From Macrostomum lignano (taxonomy: Eukaryota): a stretch of 64,000 bases of DNA. The notes under the pieces are model-generated. The model was not told where the DNA came from. It ran no database searches and saw only the letters and a list, made by a program, of their open reading frames with translations. The position numbers were made by a program, and so were the translations under genes. Location: assembly GCA_002269645.1 (NCBI GenBank), contig NIVC01000033.1:671335-735334 (forward strand), given 5' to 3'. This document shows positions 58,730 through 64,000 of this stretch, piece by piece (position 1 is the first letter of the stretch; each line of letters opens with the position of its first letter).

Positions 58730-59825
58730 ACAGAAGAGAGGGAGAGAGATAAGGGAAGGGATAGAGATGAGGGTAGAGAGAAGAGGGGAGAGAGAAGAGG
58801 GTAGAAGGAAGAGAGGGAGAGAAAAGAGGGGGAGAGAGATGAGGAGAGAGAGAAAAGGGGAGAGAGATGAGGGTAGAGAGAAGAGGGGAGAGAGAAGAGG
58901 GTAGAAGGAAGAGAGGGAGAGAAAAGAGGGGGAGAGAGATGAGGAGAGAGAGATGAGGGTAGAGAGAAGAGGGTAGAGAGAAGAGGGGAGAGAGAAGAGG
59001 GTAGAAGGAAGAGAGGGAGAGAAAAGAGGGGGAGAGAGATGAGGAGAGAGAGAAGAGGGGAGAGAGATGAGGGGAGAGAGATGAGGGGAGAGAGATGAGG
59101 AGAGAAAGAAGAGGGGAGAGAAATGGGGGAGAGAGAAGAGGGGAGAGAGAAGAGGGGAGAGAGAAGAGGGGAGAGAGAAGAGGGGAGAGAGATGAGGGGA
59201 GAGAGATGAGAGGAGAGAAAAGAGGGGAGAGAGAAGAGGGGAGAGAGATGAGGGGAGAGAGATGAGGGGAGAGAGAAGAGGGCAGAGAGAAGAGGGGAGA
59301 GAGAAGAGGGGAGAGAGAAGAGGGGAGAGAGAAGAGGGGAGAGAGAAGAGGGCAGAGAGATGAGGGGAGAGAGATGAGGAGAGAAAGAAGAGGGGAGAGA
59401 AATGGGGGAGAGAGAAGAGGGGAGAGAGAAGAGAAGAGAGAGAAGAGGGGAGAGAGAAGAGGGGAGAGAGATGAGGGGAGAGAGAAGAGAGGAGAGAAAA
59501 GAGGGGAGAGAGAAGAGGGGAGAGAGATGAGGGGAGAGAAATGAGGGGAGAGAGAAGAGGGCAGAGAGAAGAGGGGAGAGAGAAGAGGGGAGAGAGAAGA
59601 TGGGAGAGAGAAGAGGGGAGAGAGATGAGGGGAGAGAGAAGAGGGGAGAAAGATGAGGGGAGAAAGATGAGGGGAGAGAGAAGAGGGGAGAGAGAAGAGG
59701 GGAGAGAGAAGAGGGGAGAGAGAAGAGGGGAGAGAGATGAGGGGAGAGAGCAGAGGGGGAGAGAGATAAGGAGATGAAGAAGAGAGAAAAAGAGAGAAGA
59801 GGGGAGAGAGAAGAGGGGAGAGACA
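58730..59825. repeat. Purine-rich GA repeat (ankyrin gene intron 1)
   Basis: Directly visible. Confidence 0.9.
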
Positions 59826-60898
59826 CAAGCCTTGAGCGGGTTGGATTGCTACTGTGAAGTTTCAAAGCACAATGGAGAGGTTTAGCGGGCCGCATGTTGC
59901 CGTGGGCCGTTTGCTTACCAGTGGACTGAGTATAAACTTTAGACGATCGCACAGAGGTCGTATACCCAATTTGCTTCTCGGCGTCATTTTGCCAGCTGGT
60001 CCACGTGGTGAAGCAGGGCAACGCCAAACTGCTAGGCGCTTTGCTGCAACGCGGGCACAAGTTCGACCTGGGCAAGCTGGACAAAGACCTGCAGACCTGC
60101 CTGCATCATGCGGCCAGGTACGACCGGGCGGAGGTGCTACAGGTGCTGCTAATCAGTAGCCTGTCGATAGATATCAACGTCCGTGGAGCCGACGGTTGGA
60201 CCCCGATGCACACGGCGGCGAGGTACTACAGTCTGGTTTGCGCCTGAATCCTCGCCAAGAGGCCCGACCTGAAGCTGGACTGACGCTTGACTTGGGACTG
60301 ACGCCTCTGCACCTGGCCGTCAAGTTCTGCAACCCAGCAGTTGCGGAGGTGAGAAAAAAATCTGTCACTGAGTCTCTTAGAGAGTCGCTGGAGTCATTGC
60401 AAACAGCTCACTAGCGACGGCGAGGCGACTGTTGAGTCACGAGCGCATCCCCCGTGAGTTTGCAGAATCTCTCATGCATCGCGAAAGAAAACCGTCCAAG
60501 AGTCGCTGTGTAAGCGCCAAACATTCCACAATCTCAAGTAGACTAAAAGAGTTGCTATAAATGCGAAATATGATTCTGATTCATAATGTAACGCACGAGC
60601 GTAGATGCGCTTTAGACGCAACTCAGTGATTCTACGGCGACTCTGGCTCGCCTCAGATAAGACTATACGGCTCCAGAGTCATAGAAGCGTTCCATAGTCG
60701 TTTTCAGAGTCGCAGACAATAAAGGGTCTCAAATTGACTCTTTGACGACTTTTTGGCGTCGTGTACCGAGAAAACTCGTCGTTTTTATAGTAGAGTCGGT
60801 AGAGTCAGTTGGAATCACTTCTTTTGTTTTTACCTGTGTTACCTGCAACTACTCCGGGGAGACGCAAGTGACTCTGGGATGCTGCTTAGCCCAGGTAC

Positions 60899-60900
<2 letters not shown>

Positions 60901-60990
<90 letters not shown>
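60901..60990. repeat. (GT)n microsatellite
   Basis: Directly visible. Confidence 0.95.
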
Positions 60991-60991
<1 letters not shown>

Positions 60992-61809
60992 GTTTTACTC
61001 ACTCACTGCAGCATGCAGCCAGCCGTGTATTCACAAGTGTCATCAAACTCTACCAGTCTGCTCACCAGTTATCTACCTGCCCTGCAGCTGCTACTGGACT
61101 CCGGAGCCAGCATCACCGCTCGTGACAACGAAGGTCGCCTGCCGATCGTGCACGCTGTGAAGAGCGGCAGCACGGAGCTCTGCGCACTGCTGGTAAGCGA
61201 ATCAGTAGTTAAACATTGTTTAAACAAATCTGAATCAGAGCACAGCAGCCATCCCGCTGCCCGCAGCGCTCAAGGCAGTCGCCAGTGCAGCCCAGAGACA
61301 ACAGCGGCAAGACGCCGTTCATGGCTTCTTGCCGTCTTGGCGATGTCCGAATGATGCGCTTCCTGATGGGACTCGGTGCGATGGCGCTTTGTTTTTTACT
61401 GGCTTGTAGAAGAATGTCAGTAGTATGGTGTGAGTATTTCAGAGTTTCACCCTCACTCCAGTGTTCCACTCCGCGGTGGAGAGCTGCCGAATGCTGTGCG
61501 AGCCCGACCTCAAAGGCATGACGCCGCTGCACTACGCCGTCATGTCTGGCAATACCGAAGCCGTCCAGCTGCTGCTGTCCGTCAATGCGCCGCTGGATGC
61601 CGCCTGCGTGAGTCTCTTTGATGCGCTTTCTGCTGTGTACAGCCATGCCGCATTAGCACACTTACTTTTGTGTACTTTACAGGCAGGTGGGCGAACACCG
61701 ATCTTTCTTGCCTGTCTGACTGGCAACTGCGGCGTTGCGAGTGCTCTGGCCAGAGCAGGGGCCAACGTAAACCTGACTGACAGTCAGGGACTGAGCCCGC
61801 TGCACCTGT

Positions 61810-62183
<374 letters not shown>

Positions 62184-64000
62184 TATTTCAGTGCAGTCGA
62201 GAAGCAAAATGTTGAGCTGGTGGAAATTTTACTGGATTGTGTAAGCTAACTTTTCTACTTGCAGTAGTAAGCCTTGTTCACTTTTGCGTTAAACTTTAGT
62301 TCAGACAATTGATTTCAGCACGCAGACGCGGCCCTGCAGGACGTCGAGTTTCGCACCGCCCTCCACGTGGCCTGCCAGGCCGGGCATGTCGCGGCGATTC
62401 GAGCGCTGCTGCAGCGAAGCGCCGGTAGCCTCGCCTGCCGCGACTCGGAAATGCGCACCTGCCTGCACCTGCTGGCCGGCCGGCCTCACGCTGTTGAGGC
62501 CTTCACCGAGCTGGCCAGCTGCTGCCCGGAGGCCGAGCTGCGAGCGGCGCTGGCGCTCGAGGACTCCCGTAACGAGAGCGTCTTGCACGCGGCTGTCAGG
62601 GCCTGCAACGCTGAGGTTGGTGCCTGCACGGAGTCAGTTGAATGCTCACTTTATTGTGTACTCGAACGGTAGGGTTAGGTTGACATTAGACTCAGCAGAT
62701 AGGTGGAATACGAACGTGAGTCTTGGCTGAGGTAAACTGTAGGTAACTTGAGTAGATTAGGGGTAGAGTTGGAAGCAACCTGAGAAGCCTTGAGTAAAGC
62801 TGGTAGTAGCTTGGGTAGCTTGAAGTTAGTTAAAGTAGAGTTTCAGGTAGCCTGAGTAGCGTAAGGTAGCCGAATTGAAGTCTCCAGACTGATAACACTG
62901 CATCATTTGGTTCCAACTCCCAGCATCACTGCGTCAATTCAGCGACTCTGCTGGCGGCCCGCAGCGGCCACTTTGAGTTTTTGAATTATCTGCTCAGCGA
63001 GCACAGCGTGGATGTCAACTGGACGTGAGTTTAGCAGCTCATTAATTGCTGCATGCTGTGCGGCAGCATAATAAATCTTTTAGAGGCACTAATAATACGA
63101 AGCCAGATCCCCGTACTCCATAGCCTACGACCTCAAAACTCCTTAATCTTACTCGTAAAATCCCTAACATCCGGGATACCGAGATGCCAGCATCCAGTCA
63201 ATGAATCAAGGTAGCAAAGGATCAAGATCCCAACAGATCAAGGTCCCTACAGATCACGATCACAGCACATCAAAAAACCTGACAGATTAGATCCCTGAGG
63301 GGAAATCCTAGCAGACCGTGATACCCCAACTGGCCAAGTTTCCCATCTCCAGTCTGATTTCTAACACCTAGGGACGAGTTCGGCTGCTCAGCACTGATGC
63401 TGGCTGTGTCCGGCGGCCACTTGGACATGGCGGCTCGACTGCTCGAGGCTGAGTAGAAGGCATGAGGGGGCTTTTGGGACAAAATTTTTCACATCCTCCA
63501 TAATCCCATTAAATCCATCTATATTATCCCTGACAGAATCAGAAAAAAGGGGGGTTGCACTCGCTCACAAAACGTCCTCCATAATCCCATTAAATCCATC
63601 CATATTATCCCTGACAGAATCAGAGCAAAACAGGTGTCCTACTGTAATGCTCTGAGGGTTTATGCTCTGAGCATAACAGCTCCAAATCCACCCATAGCAT
63701 CTTCGAAACAATCAGAAAATAATCTGCATTCTTCTCCCCACATTCAATCCGCAACGTGCTACCAGATCCCAAGGACTTTAAATCATCAGCGCAGGGTCCT
63801 TACCCTTTGAAAAAATCTAAATTTTCTCTAAAAATGTTTCCAGTTGTCTCTCCAGGTTCTTATTACAAAGCGCATGAGCCTAATTTCAAGAGCAAGTACC
63901 GATGCAAACTTGAATGCAGCGAGTACATGAGAAAATATTGGCCCGGCGTTGATATCAATGCCTCTAATATTAATCAAGCTCTCCAAAGACACTGGTTTCT

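Noticed and set aside
56960-60084. Long ORFs at 56960-57913 and 58561-60084
   Set aside because: Low-complexity repeat translations with no domain signal

Overview
This is animal (invertebrate) genomic DNA. It has GC-rich exons, GT-AG introns that are mostly filled by different tandem repeats, and dense DNA-transposon and retroelement insertions. That style resembles Macrostomum-like flatworm assemblies, but this is inference only. Four spliced host genes on the + strand were reconstructed by hand: a CerS1-type ceramide synthase (6 exons, 2449-19169), a divergent FMR1/FXR-like protein (37893-42907, start codon not found), a DIRAS-like CaaX GTPase (53460-56757) and a multi-ankyrin gene with lesions (58618-63456). 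Mobile DNA includes a MULE remnant, a four-level hAT/P transposon nest (23305-33451) holding a full-length P element whose THAP transposase has three in-frame stops, a mariner remnant, several MITEs, a captured LINE fragment, a solo LTR and a young BEL/Pao retrotransposon with identical LTRs (45865-52692). The most striking item lies antisense in CerS1 intron 2. It is a spliced gene (11304->6459) for a zinc-finger plus tyrosine-recombinase (Crypton-like) protein, whose 150-nt phase-symmetric exon has been amplified with its intron as a near-identical 444-bp tandem array. All calls were made by eye; no database searches were run.
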